This document shows, piece by piece, positions 47,529 through 57,266 of a stretch of 64,000 nt of DNA. This DNA is from Thermoplasmata archaeon (GTDB lineage Archaea > Thermoplasmatota > Thermoplasmata > Lutacidiplasmatales > UBA184). Location of the stretch: positions 6,081 through 70,080 of the forward strand of contig JBARNH010000036.1 of assembly GCA_049802875.1 (NCBI GenBank). Reading direction: 5' to 3'. A program made the position numbers and the translations under genes. A model generated the notes under the pieces. The model worked only from the letters and a program-made list of their open reading frames with translations, was not told where the DNA came from and made no database searches. How positions within the stretch are numbered: the first letter of the stretch is position 1; each line of letters opens with the position of its first letter.

Positions 47529-48647
47529 CTACGGCCCGATCGCTTGGCGGAGATCGTCCACTAGGTCGTCGGGGTGCTCCAGCCCCACCGACGCTCGAAG
47601 GAGATTCTGGGGGGCCGTGGACTCCTTGCCCTCGCTGGAGGCGCGGTGCTCGATCAGACTCTCGACCCCTCCAAGGCTCGTCGCGTTTATGAACAGGTTT
47701 ACCCGGGACGCCACCCGAAGCGCCGCTTCGCGACCTCCGCGCACCGCGAAGGATAGCATCCCGCCGAAGTGAGACATTTGACGCTGAGCTACGTCGTGTC
47801 CGGCATGGGAGGCCAGACCTGGATAGTACACCGTCTCAACCGATGGCAGGTCGACCAGGGCGGACGCGACTGCCATTGCATTCATCGAGTGGCGTTCCAT
47901 CCGACACGGCAGCGTGCGGAGTCCGCGGAGGACCAACCAGGAGTTGAACGGCGATCCCACGGCCCCGAGGACCCGGCGGGTTTCGAACAGCGGTTGGATG
48001 GATTCGCGTGTCCGACCCACGACGCAACCCCCTTGGACGTCACTGTGGCCGCCGCAGTACTTAGTTGTCGAGTGAAGGACCAGGTCGGCGCCGAGCGATA
48101 ACGGCCGCTGCAAGATCGGGGTTGCGAACGTATTGTCGACCAGGAGACGGGCACCCGCCGCGTGCGCCAGCTCGGACACCCGCCGAAGGTCCACGATCTT
48201 TAGAAGGGGGTTTGACGGCGTTTCGACCCAGACGAGTTTCGTGTTCGGCCGAAGGTGCCGTCCTACCTGCGTCGGATCCCCCATGTCGACGAACGTGCCC
48301 TCGATGCCCCAGGTGGGCAGATAATCGCGAGCGACGGCCCGCATCGTGTGGTAGATGTCGTCGCAGAACAGCACGTGGGATCCTCGGGGAAGGTTCTGGA
48401 GCACCGCGGCCGCCGCCGCCATTCCGGACGCGAACACCACGGCCGACTCCCCCCCTTCCAGTTCTCGGAGGGCGAACTCCAGTCGAGACTGAACGGGGTT
48501 CTCGTCTCGGATGTAGTGAAATCCGTGCAGCACCTCCGAGGCGGGTCCGTGTTCGAACGTAGTAGAGAGATTGAGCGGTGGAGTGACGGCTCCCGTAGAG
48601 GGGTCTACGTCGCCCCCGGCCTTCACCGCGATGGTCTCCAGCTTCAT
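47529..48647 (-). CDS. cystathionine gamma-synthase / gamma-lyase family PLP enzyme
   Basis: PLP-lysine motif HSTTKYCGGHSD and a Cys/Met-metabolism PLP fold. Confidence 0.85.
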   Translation of the reverse strand: MKLETIAVKAGGDVDPSTGAVTPPLNLSTTFEHGPASEVLHGFHYIRDENPVQSRLEFALRELEGGESAVVFASGMAAAAAVLQNLPRGSHVLFCDDIYHTMRAVARDYLPTWGIEGTFVDMGDPTQVGRHLRPNTKLVWVETPSNPLLKIVDLRRVSELAHAAGARLLVDNTFATPILQRPLSLGADLVLHSTTKYCGGHSDVQGGCVVGRTRESIQPLFETRRVLGAVGSPFNSWLVLRGLRTLPCRMERHSMNAMAVASALVDLPSVETVYYPGLASHAGHDVAQRQMSHFGGMLSFAVRGGREAALRVASRVNLFINATSLGGVESLIEHRASSEGKESTAPQNLLRASVGLEHPDDLVDDLRQAIGP

Positions 48648-48893
48648 TCCTGGCCCTCCGTCGATGAGATGATCGGGTCCCTTTGACTCGGGAGACCTCG
48701 TCGACAGTTTTTCGGTGCATTCCTTTCGGAGGCCGTCATGAACGAGGCGGAAGCTTCCACTTCGTTAAACTCGTTCGGACCGAAGTCGCATTGCCGTCAC
48801 CCCGAATCCGGGGTCCCTACCACTTGCGGGACCTTCCACTTTCAACCGAGGGGAGGTCCCGGGGGTCGGGGTAGGGTGTAGCCCCCCGAACCG

Positions 48894-49571
48894 CTATGCT
48901 TCGAGCGCCGGCGATCCCTCGGCCGGTGGGTTCGGGTCGGGGGTGACCGGACCCTGGGAGGCGACGGGCGCCCGAGGAGGTTTGGCCGAACGACTCGGCG
49001 AAGGCGCGGCCGGAGCGCTCTGGCGGCGCAACAGTCCGGCGGCCTGGAGTTCGGAAGTGATCTTCTGGACGGCCAGCGCGACGTCCGAGGGCCGGCGAGC
49101 TCCCGTGCAGACCAGTTTGCCGCTGCCAAATAGGAGCACGACCACCTTGGGCTCGTCGAGACGGCACACCAATCCCGGGAACTGCTCGGGTTCGTACTCC
49201 ACCCGGTCGAGGCCGAGCGTGATCGCGATCGAGTTGAGGTTGATCTCGCTCTCGAGATTGGAGGTCGCGACGATGTTCTGGATCTCGATCTTCGGGGGCT
49301 TCAGGTTCCGTTGACCGGTCTTACGAATGAGTTCCGATATCGTCCGAATCGATTCGTCCACCTGCTTCCAGCTCTTGCCGCCGGTACAGACGACCTTGCC
49401 CGAGTGAAAGAGCAGGATCGCCGTTTTGGGCTGCTTCAAGCGGTAGATCAGCCCCGGGAACTCCGCGGGCTCGTACTCTGCACCATCGAGCGCGAGAGCG
49501 ATCTTTTGCAGGTCAAGTTCGGCGCCGAGCGAGGTGGACGCGACTACGTTCTCAATCCGAATCCGAGTCAT
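48894..49571 (-). CDS. tbp: TATA-box binding protein
   Basis: Two TBP direct repeats (IENVVASTSLGAELDLQKIA... and IQNIVATSNLESEINLNSIA...), followed by a Pro/Ala-rich basic C-terminal tail. Confidence 0.9.
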   Translation of the reverse strand: MTRIRIENVVASTSLGAELDLQKIALALDGAEYEPAEFPGLIYRLKQPKTAILLFHSGKVVCTGGKSWKQVDESIRTISELIRKTGQRNLKPPKIEIQNIVATSNLESEINLNSIAITLGLDRVEYEPEQFPGLVCRLDEPKVVVLLFGSGKLVCTGARRPSDVALAVQKITSELQAAGLLRRQSAPAAPSPSRSAKPPRAPVASQGPVTPDPNPPAEGSPALEA

Positions 49572-49615
49572 GGGCGGTTATATACTGTTTAAATAGGTAT
49601 ATAAGGGAGCCTGCC
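49572..49615 (-). promoter_or_regulatory. tbp promoter: tandem TATA-like elements (minus strand CCTATTTAAACAGTATATAACC) immediately upstream of ATG
   Basis: A conspicuous AT-rich block in GC-rich DNA. A TATA element only 7-24 nt upstream of the start implies a leaderless or very short leader transcript. Confidence 0.5.
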
Positions 49616-49682
49616 CCGCCCACCCCTCCCCTCCGCGGTTTTGCGGCCCCGAGGGCTTCGCACCGGTCGCGCCCGCTCGCGA

Positions 49683-50516
49683 TCAGATCCTGCGCGCGGT
49701 GTACAGGGGAGTCAGCACGGGGATCTCTACGTTGCCGCCGAATTGTTCGTCCACGACCCGTCCAAGTTCGGAGAGGAACCATCGGCGTTTCTTGGGCGGA
49801 AGGACGAGGACGTCCGAGAACGTTCCCCAGAGCGCGCTGACCCGGGCGGTGTCGAGTTTCACCCTCCAATGAAAGTCCTGTCGAGATACTCGGTCGAATC
49901 GATCGACCGATTTGATCGCTCCGATGCGGCGCTTGCGGTCCCGAGCGGCGAACGCTCGCGGGACTTCCTCCCCCCGCGTCCGTTGGCCGGCGAGCTCGCG
50001 GTAGAGGGGTTGGAGAGCGTGCCGGAAGGAGCCGGAGCGATAGGGATCGCCGTGCAGACTATTCCAAGCCGCCCACCAACCGCCGGGCTTCAGCGCTCGA
50101 GCCACCCTTCGTAGTGCCAGCCTCTCGCTCGTCCAGTGAAAGCTGGACGCCGCGACTCCCAAGTCGAACGCCGCTCGGGGGAGGACGGCTCGCTCGAACC
50201 GCTCGGTGAGGATCTGTACTTGCCGTTTGCGCCACCCGAGCGATTTCTCGAGAAAGTGGGCAAGCCGACGGTCGGGTTCGATCAACGTCACCGGATGGGC
50301 TCCCCAACGCAAGAGCTCCCGAGTGGCGATTCCTGTCCCGGGTCCGATTTCGAAAGCGACGGTGCCCGAGCGCAGGCCGCACCGAGTCGAGAGGATCTCG
50401 TAGACCTGCCTCGGGTAGGGGAGGCGGGCCCGGTCGAATGCCCCCGGGTCCCGACCGAAGACGCCGGCCCGCACCCTTCGAGTGATTCTTGGAGCCACGA
50501 CCTCCCGAGTGTTCAA
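49683..50516 (-). CDS. class I SAM-dependent methyltransferase
   Basis: SAM-binding motif I VAFEIGPGTGIATREL, followed by the rest of the Rossmann-like fold. Confidence 0.78.
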   Translation of the reverse strand: MNTREVVAPRITRRVRAGVFGRDPGAFDRARLPYPRQVYEILSTRCGLRSGTVAFEIGPGTGIATRELLRWGAHPVTLIEPDRRLAHFLEKSLGWRKRQVQILTERFERAVLPRAAFDLGVAASSFHWTSERLALRRVARALKPGGWWAAWNSLHGDPYRSGSFRHALQPLYRELAGQRTRGEEVPRAFAARDRKRRIGAIKSVDRFDRVSRQDFHWRVKLDTARVSALWGTFSDVLVLPPKKRRWFLSELGRVVDEQFGGNVEIPVLTPLYTARRI

Positions 50517-50681
50517 CGCGAATAAGACCCCAAGGACCGGGTTCGCGGAATGCTGGCTCTCGATCGACGGGGGCTGGGTTCGGACCGAGGCATCGAGCGT
50601 TGGGGAGTCACGCAGGATGTGTCGTTCCAGACCCTCCGACTCGGGGGCAGTCTGCGGGCAACGGGCGACCGATCGCTTCGA

Positions 50682-51182
50682 CTAGTCGGACAGAAACTTA
50701 TCCAGCGCTTCCGCCGTGAAGCTCTGGATGCCCTCGAGGCGACGACCGTCCGGCCGAACGAGCACCGGAAATTGATGCAAGTGATGGAGGTGTTCCTCGA
50801 TCACACGCCGCAGGGCGGATTCCTTTCCCACATCGACCACGTGGAGGGTCTTGCCTTTCGCGCGGATCTGGTCCCACGCGCGGCGGATCGCATCCTCTTC
50901 GGCCTCGGGAAGCTCCTTTGCCCGCACCGGCTTGTTCGCGAAGTTCTCTTGGTCAATTGGATAACCCGACAGTCTCCCGGCCGCCGCGGGGTAGCTCGGC
51001 ATAGTACTGTAACCATTCGCTCGATACGCACGAACGAACTCCTCGTGGGAGTCCGGTGGAAGAACTTTTACGATGGTATCCTCCGACTTGATGTACATCA
51101 GCACGTCCCGCGCGTCCAATTCCTTCATCGAGAGCTCCGCCCACCCCACGCCGTGCGGTATGTAAACAATTCCGCGGAGCAA
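50682..51182 (-). CDS. hypothetical protein (166 aa)
   Basis: Its composition is protein-like (K/E/D/I/Y-rich, unlike the antisense ORF). The C-terminal half resembles a thioredoxin-fold module but has no Cys. No confident domain. Confidence 0.4.
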   Translation of the reverse strand: MLRGIVYIPHGVGWAELSMKELDARDVLMYIKSEDTIVKVLPPDSHEEFVRAYRANGYSTMPSYPAAAGRLSGYPIDQENFANKPVRAKELPEAEEDAIRRAWDQIRAKGKTLHVVDVGKESALRRVIEEHLHHLHQFPVLVRPDGRRLEGIQSFTAEALDKFLSD

Positions 51183-51256
51183 GGGGCCGGATCTGCTCCG
51201 GCGCGCAGCGGCAAGAGGTCATCCGTCGGTTGGGACCGTTCAGTCCCGGGTCTCCC

Positions 51257-52141
51257 CTATTTCCACTCGGCCAGGGCGACGATGTCCTCTAGAAGAGCCA
51301 CCGGAGGTTCGGACCCGAACGACCCTGTGTCGAAGAAGCGGTAGAACCCCTGGCGAGGGGTCTCCGGTCGGAACGCGATGTGCCACGCGGCGGCGAGACC
51401 GAGAGGGGTCAGCGAGAGTTCCGGGGGAAACGGCTCGGACCAATCCAGTTTCACTGAACTTCCGAGATTGCCCAGACCGAGCGATCCCACCCGCTTACCC
51501 GTCATCTTCCAACGGGCGATGACCAACCCGTTCCAAGCTTCGGGGTGCAACGTCACCTGCGCGGTCGCCAAGGGGGTGAACGCCAGACCTTGGTCGCTCC
51601 ACTCGGGCGGGGGGGGCACCGACTTGCGTCCGGAGGACCGGGAGGTGGCGCCGATTTCGACCGCCACGGGTCGCTGGCTGTACCAGGAGGATTTCAATCC
51701 CTCACCGGGGCCGGCCACCCAGGTCACGCGACTGCTCGAGTCCGAGAATAGCGGCTGGACCCCCAAGTTCGCGTGGTGGGCCCCGTACATCCAGATCTGT
51801 TCGTGGGGTCGCCCCCGTCCGACGCTTTTGCTCCAGAACGGGATGTCTCCGATCCAGACGATCCGGCCCCCGGCGTCCAGGTATTCCCGAACGGGATTGT
51901 TGGCCGAAGCGTCCGGACAGAGTTCAAACGGGACGAGATCCTGGGAGAAGGCCAGTACGGAACGAGTCGCAGTGGAACCCTTCTTCCGGTCGAGGAGCCA
52001 CCCCGCGAGTCCCGAGGCGTCGACCCTTTCGTATTCGCGATCAGCGAGGTACCGGGTGATCCCCTTCCCCCAGGTCTCCTTGTCGATCCAGGATGAATCG
52101 TGCTCCTCGTCGAAGTATACGGCACGGTATGCCTCCGCCAT
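51257..52141 (-). CDS. hypothetical cytosolic protein sharing a domain with the extracytoplasmic module partners
   Basis: It has no signal peptide. VREYLDAGGRIVWIGDIPFWS and SVLAFSQDLVPFEL align to LVAPWLLDGGRLAWIG / LLAPWIRAGGTLVWFADTIGYYS in the 28900 and 52325 proteins. Confidence 0.5.
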   Translation of the reverse strand: MAEAYRAVYFDEEHDSSWIDKETWGKGITRYLADREYERVDASGLAGWLLDRKKGSTATRSVLAFSQDLVPFELCPDASANNPVREYLDAGGRIVWIGDIPFWSKSVGRGRPHEQIWMYGAHHANLGVQPLFSDSSSRVTWVAGPGEGLKSSWYSQRPVAVEIGATSRSSGRKSVPPPPEWSDQGLAFTPLATAQVTLHPEAWNGLVIARWKMTGKRVGSLGLGNLGSSVKLDWSEPFPPELSLTPLGLAAAWHIAFRPETPRQGFYRFFDTGSFGSEPPVALLEDIVALAEWK

Positions 52142-52324
52142 GGGTCGCCCACGGTGAGTTCTCTCCGGGCCTAATCAACGTTCTTCCTCCGCCTCGTTCC
52201 GGCGTCAGTTCTGGGACACATCGAGCGCCTTCCCCGTTCCCCGAGTTCGGGACTCCCCCTTGTCCTCGGAGAGGGAGGCAAGACACAGCTCAGGACGCCT
52301 CGGTCCGAGCTGCGCCCGGGGGGC

Positions 52325-53410
52325 TCAGGTCAGCGGAAGAGACACGGCGTTCCCATAAATCGCCAGCAGATCGCTCTGGTAGACCACGAAATACAGCTCG
52401 GTCGTGGAGTTCGCCCACGACAGATTGGGAATCACGATGGTCATCGAACCCCGGTAGGAACTCCCGCCCGGAACGAAGAAGCTCTGCAGTGCCACCGGCT
52501 GGAACGGACCCGTCAACGCCCCGGACTGGAGCATGGTCGCAAGGGAGACCGACAACTCGGTGTCGTCATACTCCATCGGGACCGAAAAGTAGTCGATCGT
52601 CCCGTTACCCAGCGGCAGCCGCGCGGCGTTGGTGTAGTTGCCGTACGTTTCGCCGAGCACCTCGCCGCCCTCGGCTTGGACGAGCCGCGTGTACATCCCG
52701 TGCGCAGGGATTCCAAATCCGTAGTTGAAATTATACGCCCGTGAGGACGGGGTCTCGTTGACGTACAACAGGGCCGATGAACCGAACAGCGAGGCGTTGA
52801 CAAACTGGGCGACGCCCGGCCACCCGGGATTCGAGGGATTCGGGTTCGACAACGGTGTGTTTGGCTGACCCGAGTAGTAGCCAATCGTGTCAGCGAACCA
52901 CACGAGGGTCCCGCCCGCGCGGATCCACGGAGCGAGAAGGTCGGTGGTCAGGTTGTACACCGTGTCCGGGATCACCCCCGTGGGCATGAACAGGATTGAA
53001 CGGGCGTCCGCTGGCTCAGTCAGGAAGCCGCGGAGCTGATTCGCGTCCAGGGTCACGATAGCCGGGGAGAGTCCCCTTGCGGTGAGCACCGCGTCGACAT
53101 GGTACGACAGACCGAACGACCACACGGGATAGGACCAGCTGGAGGGGTAGCTCGCATCGTAGTAGAAGTAGAGGTCGGCGGGCGGTGCTCCCCCGGCGGC
53201 GACCGTGGCCGTCGCGTTCACATTGGCGGGGAAGGTGGAGGTCACCCGATACGACGCCTCGTAGGTGCCGTTGGAGTTTTTGCTGAGGTCCACTGAGGCC
53301 GAGATACGTGCCTCCGCGGGCGGAGCGTAGATCAACACCTCGGCCACCACGATCGCGGCGATGAAGACGACGAGCACCACACGAAAGAACTGAACCAACG
53401 GTCGAGTCAT
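52325..53410 (-). CDS. N-terminally membrane-anchored extracytoplasmic protein (module B partner; paralog of 28900..30072)
   Basis: The Met at 53410 forms an ATGA overlap with the upstream gene's stop. TM anchor. Motifs IYAPP, YFYYDASY, VTLDANQL, LLAPWIRAGGTLVWF, IGYYS, NTPLS. At least 12 sequons. Confidence 0.6.
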   Translation of the reverse strand: MTRPLVQFFRVVLVVFIAAIVVAEVLIYAPPAEARISASVDLSKNSNGTYEASYRVTSTFPANVNATATVAAGGAPPADLYFYYDASYPSSWSYPVWSFGLSYHVDAVLTARGLSPAIVTLDANQLRGFLTEPADARSILFMPTGVIPDTVYNLTTDLLAPWIRAGGTLVWFADTIGYYSGQPNTPLSNPNPSNPGWPGVAQFVNASLFGSSALLYVNETPSSRAYNFNYGFGIPAHGMYTRLVQAEGGEVLGETYGNYTNAARLPLGNGTIDYFSVPMEYDDTELSVSLATMLQSGALTGPFQPVALQSFFVPGGSSYRGSMTIVIPNLSWANSTTELYFVVYQSDLLAIYGNAVSLPLT

Positions 53411-54870
53411 ACCGGAACTCCCCTCAGCCGAAGGCCCGAGAGCCGGACCCCGACCCACGCACTGACGACGAGGATGACCGCAACTGGAATCACAAAGAAG
53501 GGTCGCAGGAGGGGGGACCAAACGGCCCAAGTGAAAAGGCTATTCCGCACCACGCCGAGTCCCAACAGATGGGTGTTGAACGCCAAGGGCTCAAAGAAGA
53601 AGAGGGGGCTGGTCACACCGAACAGGTAGTACAGCGTCGCCCCGGCGGTCAAGGTGACGTAGGAAAGTCCGGACCAAAGCGTGTACCGGACATAGACCGC
53701 CAGGGCGAGCACGACCCATGGCAGAACCCAGAGCAGGTACTGTGATTGGACGAACGGCACGAGTAGATACGCCGCACAGAGCGAGAGAAGGAGTGTGCCG
53801 TCCCAGTACGCCAGAAAACCGGGACCCGAGATGCGGGGAGCCCGAGCCGTCCGGATCGCGATGAAGATAAGCGCCAGGGCTGCCACCACGACCATCGCCA
53901 CTACGACGAGCGTCGCATTCGCGCCGAGCGTGACGGCCACTCCGTTCAGACTACCGATCGAGAGCACCGACCACTGATTGAAGCCGCCGAAGGGCTCGTT
54001 TCCACGACTGGTGCCGACGAAGAAGAACGTCAACCAGTTCGTGAGGCTGCCCGGCGGCCAGAACACGAGTGCCATCATTCCCCCGAGACCGAGGGCGAAC
54101 AGTCCCAGCGGTTTGGCGAGGGTTCCGCCGGACGACCGAGAAGTGTCCCAGGTCAGCAGGAGGAAGACCGGTACAAGGACCAGTGTGAACACCCCAATGA
54201 CCGCGCCGAGGCCCAAGGAAATGCCGGAGAAGAGGAAATCCCGCTTGGTCGCGAGGTAGTACGCGAGGAGGGCGAGGAACGCGGTGATCCCGTCGAACGT
54301 CCCGTGGATCGCGGAGACGGTGATGACCAGCGGATTGAGCATCCAGAGCGCGATCCCGGCCGTGGCCGCCCGCGGGTCCGGAATCCGCTCGCGAATCATC
54401 ACGTAGAGCAGGACACCCAGGAGGACATCAAAAACGAAATAGATCGACTTCAGCACGAGGTCGAAGGCGACGGTCGGATAGAACGTTGGTTCGTACGAGG
54501 CAAAGGGGAGAACGACAAGGCTGTTCAAACCGGGCGGGACGGTTAGAATGTTCGCCGGAGCCGAGAACAGGGAGAATGCTCTCCCCAAGAGCCCAAGAAG
54601 GTAGAGCCATCCGGGCGGATAGTTGGTGAGATACGCGTACGGCCCCTGGCCGTACGCCATGCTGAGCGCGGAGGCCGCGAACCCGGCAGTATCCCCCTCG
54701 GCGGAATAAACCGCGACGGCGTATCGGATGAAAAGTCCAATCACAATAATCCAAACCGCCGTTTGGTGATCCCGAACCACGGACGCCGCGCGGGCGATTC
54801 CAGCGCCAACCCTCGCCCTTATGGCCGACCCGAGCGCAATTCTCGGGGGGCTCGGAACTCCGGAGCTCAT
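53407..54870 (-). CDS. polytopic GT-C-like membrane protein (module B; paralog of 30069..31622)
   Basis: About 12 TM helices. Shares YGQGPY..YPP, NPLVI..S..HG and GAVIGVF motifs with the module-A membrane protein. Confidence 0.62.
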   Translation of the reverse strand: MSSGVPSPPRIALGSAIRARVGAGIARAASVVRDHQTAVWIIVIGLFIRYAVAVYSAEGDTAGFAASALSMAYGQGPYAYLTNYPPGWLYLLGLLGRAFSLFSAPANILTVPPGLNSLVVLPFASYEPTFYPTVAFDLVLKSIYFVFDVLLGVLLYVMIRERIPDPRAATAGIALWMLNPLVITVSAIHGTFDGITAFLALLAYYLATKRDFLFSGISLGLGAVIGVFTLVLVPVFLLLTWDTSRSSGGTLAKPLGLFALGLGGMMALVFWPPGSLTNWLTFFFVGTSRGNEPFGGFNQWSVLSIGSLNGVAVTLGANATLVVVAMVVVAALALIFIAIRTARAPRISGPGFLAYWDGTLLLSLCAAYLLVPFVQSQYLLWVLPWVVLALAVYVRYTLWSGLSYVTLTAGATLYYLFGVTSPLFFFEPLAFNTHLLGLGVVRNSLFTWAVWSPLLRPFFVIPVAVILVVSAWVGVRLSGLRLRGVPV

Positions 54871-55328
54871 CCTGGTCCTGCTGGAGAGCGCGGCGAGAAC
54901 CCTCGCAACTCTTCGCTCATCTCCCTCCGTGAAAATGCTCGGCGCGGGACTTGCCGACGAGAGAGCGGGAGCATAAGGTGGCCGGTGGGACTCAGCGCAC
55001 GCGGTCAGCGGAGGGACCCACGAAGCTTCGAGTCTCCGCTATGCGGAGTACATCGGTGGAGGACCTCGCGCCGCGCCCGCACAACGTGCGGCAGCGGAGT
55101 CGTTTTTCACTACACACCAAAGCGATGTGAACTCCATGCAGCAGCGGTCCGCTGCCCGGACTACCGACCAAGATGTGACCGGGGAAGCCTCCGTGCAGAA
55201 CTGAAGGCGTTGATTCTGTCGACCGCAAGGAACGGCTTGTGCGGCCCCGTAGGTACCGGAAAGCGGCCTCGCCGCGAAACACGCATAAACGAGGAGAACT
55301 TACGCCGACCCGACGGAGCAAGTGACCC

Positions 55329-56666
55329 GTGCAGATCGATTTTGAAACACGAAGAGAACTTCGATCTGTGACGGTGGTGCTGACCGCGGCTATTCTGTTG
55401 ACCCTCGTCCTTTCGATGGTGCCGACCACTGCCGCCAGTCCCTCGGTGGTTGCCAGCGAATTGCCCATGTCCTCGGCGCTGGCAGTGGGGCCGGTGTCAG
55501 CGGCGCCTACGACGGGACTCCAGACCGAAATTGATCTCGCCCCTCCCGGGGCGACGGTCGTCATTCCCGCCGGAACGTACGTCGGCCAACTCCGTATCGA
55601 CAAGGATGTTGAACTCGTGGGCGCTGGGGAGGGGAAGACCATTCTGCAGTCTCCGGCCACCATGAACCCGGACTTCCTCGGAAATGTCTTCGTGGTGGAG
55701 GTCGGGGAGCACTCCACCGTCCAAATCTCGGAACTCACCGTGAGGGTGACCGAAGAGTGCATGCTCGCGAACGGTATCGGCGTCGCCACAGGGGGCGGGA
55801 TCGGTGTTCACGGGGATGCCACGATCAAGATATGGGACGTGGGTGTCGTGGCCTTCGGCCCCGCTCCGGACCTCGACCAGACGTGCATGACGGATGGAAC
55901 CGCCGGGATGCTTTCGTTCGGACGCGCCGTCAGCATCGGACTCGACGATCCTGCGGGCATCGGGACTCCGTTCGAGGTCGAGGGTCATGGCTGGGTCGAG
56001 CATGTCACGGTCCAGGGCTTCGACATCTTCTCCATCTCGGTGGGTGGGGTGCGCGGACCCAGTGGGAGCACCGCCACGATCATCGACAACGTGGTGCGAG
56101 TAGGGCCCGGTCCCTATACCGCGGCCTACGGGATCGTCGCCTATGGGGTATCGGTCATCTCGGACAATCTCGTGGTCGGCCAGGCAGGGTCCGATGGGGG
56201 AATCGCCGTCGTCTTCACGTCGGCGATTGTGACGAACAACGTCATCAAGAACTTCATCTGCACCAGCGCACCCTTCCCGATCACCCCCCCGTGTGGGGTC
56301 GACCCATTCTTTGACGACCAGGACCTGGGGATCTTCCTCGCGAGCATCACTCCGGGGACCGCGGTGACGCACAACACGATCCGCGACGTCGACGCGGGGA
56401 TCCTCGTCGACGGGCCGGGAGCTCCCGCGCTCATCCAGCACAACACCATCACGAACAGTACGTACTACGGGCTCGACCTGATCAACGCGAACCAGACCTT
56501 CCGCGACAACGACGTAGGGGGCGGGCTGTACGCGATCGCGGTCGGCGCCGAGAACGACAACACCACGGCCATTCTCGCGCACGACTCCCTGCACGGTTAT
56601 TCGGAGGCGCTGGCCCTCCTGGAAGCGAACTCCCCGTGGGTCGCCAAAGCCCTCGTAAGACCCTAG
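55329..56666 (+). CDS. secreted right-handed parallel beta-helix (PbH1/NosD-like) protein
   Basis: Signal peptide. N-terminal IDLAPPGATVVIPAGTYVGQLRIDKDVELVGAGEGKTIL is typical of NosD-like beta-helix proteins. Repeated Gly/Val/Ile-rich about 22-aa turns with NN.I..N.. motifs. Confidence 0.65.
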   Translation: MQIDFETRRELRSVTVVLTAAILLTLVLSMVPTTAASPSVVASELPMSSALAVGPVSAAPTTGLQTEIDLAPPGATVVIPAGTYVGQLRIDKDVELVGAGEGKTILQSPATMNPDFLGNVFVVEVGEHSTVQISELTVRVTEECMLANGIGVATGGGIGVHGDATIKIWDVGVVAFGPAPDLDQTCMTDGTAGMLSFGRAVSIGLDDPAGIGTPFEVEGHGWVEHVTVQGFDIFSISVGGVRGPSGSTATIIDNVVRVGPGPYTAAYGIVAYGVSVISDNLVVGQAGSDGGIAVVFTSAIVTNNVIKNFICTSAPFPITPPCGVDPFFDDQDLGIFLASITPGTAVTHNTIRDVDAGILVDGPGAPALIQHNTITNSTYYGLDLINANQTFRDNDVGGGLYAIAVGAENDNTTAILAHDSLHGYSEALALLEANSPWVAKALVRP

Positions 56667-57266
56667 TCGCTCGGTAGTGGGCCGCGGAGCCGCGGGGACC
56701 GCCGTCGATCGAGACCGGTCAGCGCTGAGAGGGTTTGGTAACACAACTGTAGCCTGTTGGAGGCCGCTGCCGCGGAGCGCTGGGCGTCTCTCCGTGGCCG
56801 GCCTTCGCTCGAATTCGCCGTCGCTCTATCGGGGGTCGAACGAATCGGGTGAATCGCCGCGCACTCTCGGCGAAATGCTACGTACAATTGTTGCAATCTG
56901 TACTAGGGAAGGGATCGCTCTTCGCGATGACATGCCCTTTCCGGAAGGACTGCCTCGGGGGGGGGTGGCGTGCCGATGTGAGCATTGCCCGTCAGTGAAG
57001 CAGCGCTCGCTCAGTTCCACGTCGAGGGGGTGGTGTCTGTAAGTTTAAAATGATACGGAAATAGTAACATTGCTGTATGTGTGACATGTTGGACGGGCGT
57101 GGACGCCCGGTCTCTCTCCCGAACGGAAGTGAAGGTCATCCTATCGCTCGAGGCCGATCATCGGGAAGTCATCTCGCTCGCAGGGTCGAGTCCGGCTCAA
57201 GAGTGCACGAATCGCCACCCCGCGGGTTAAGTACATCCTCTTCGTTCCCCCCAATCGGCGGTCCCA

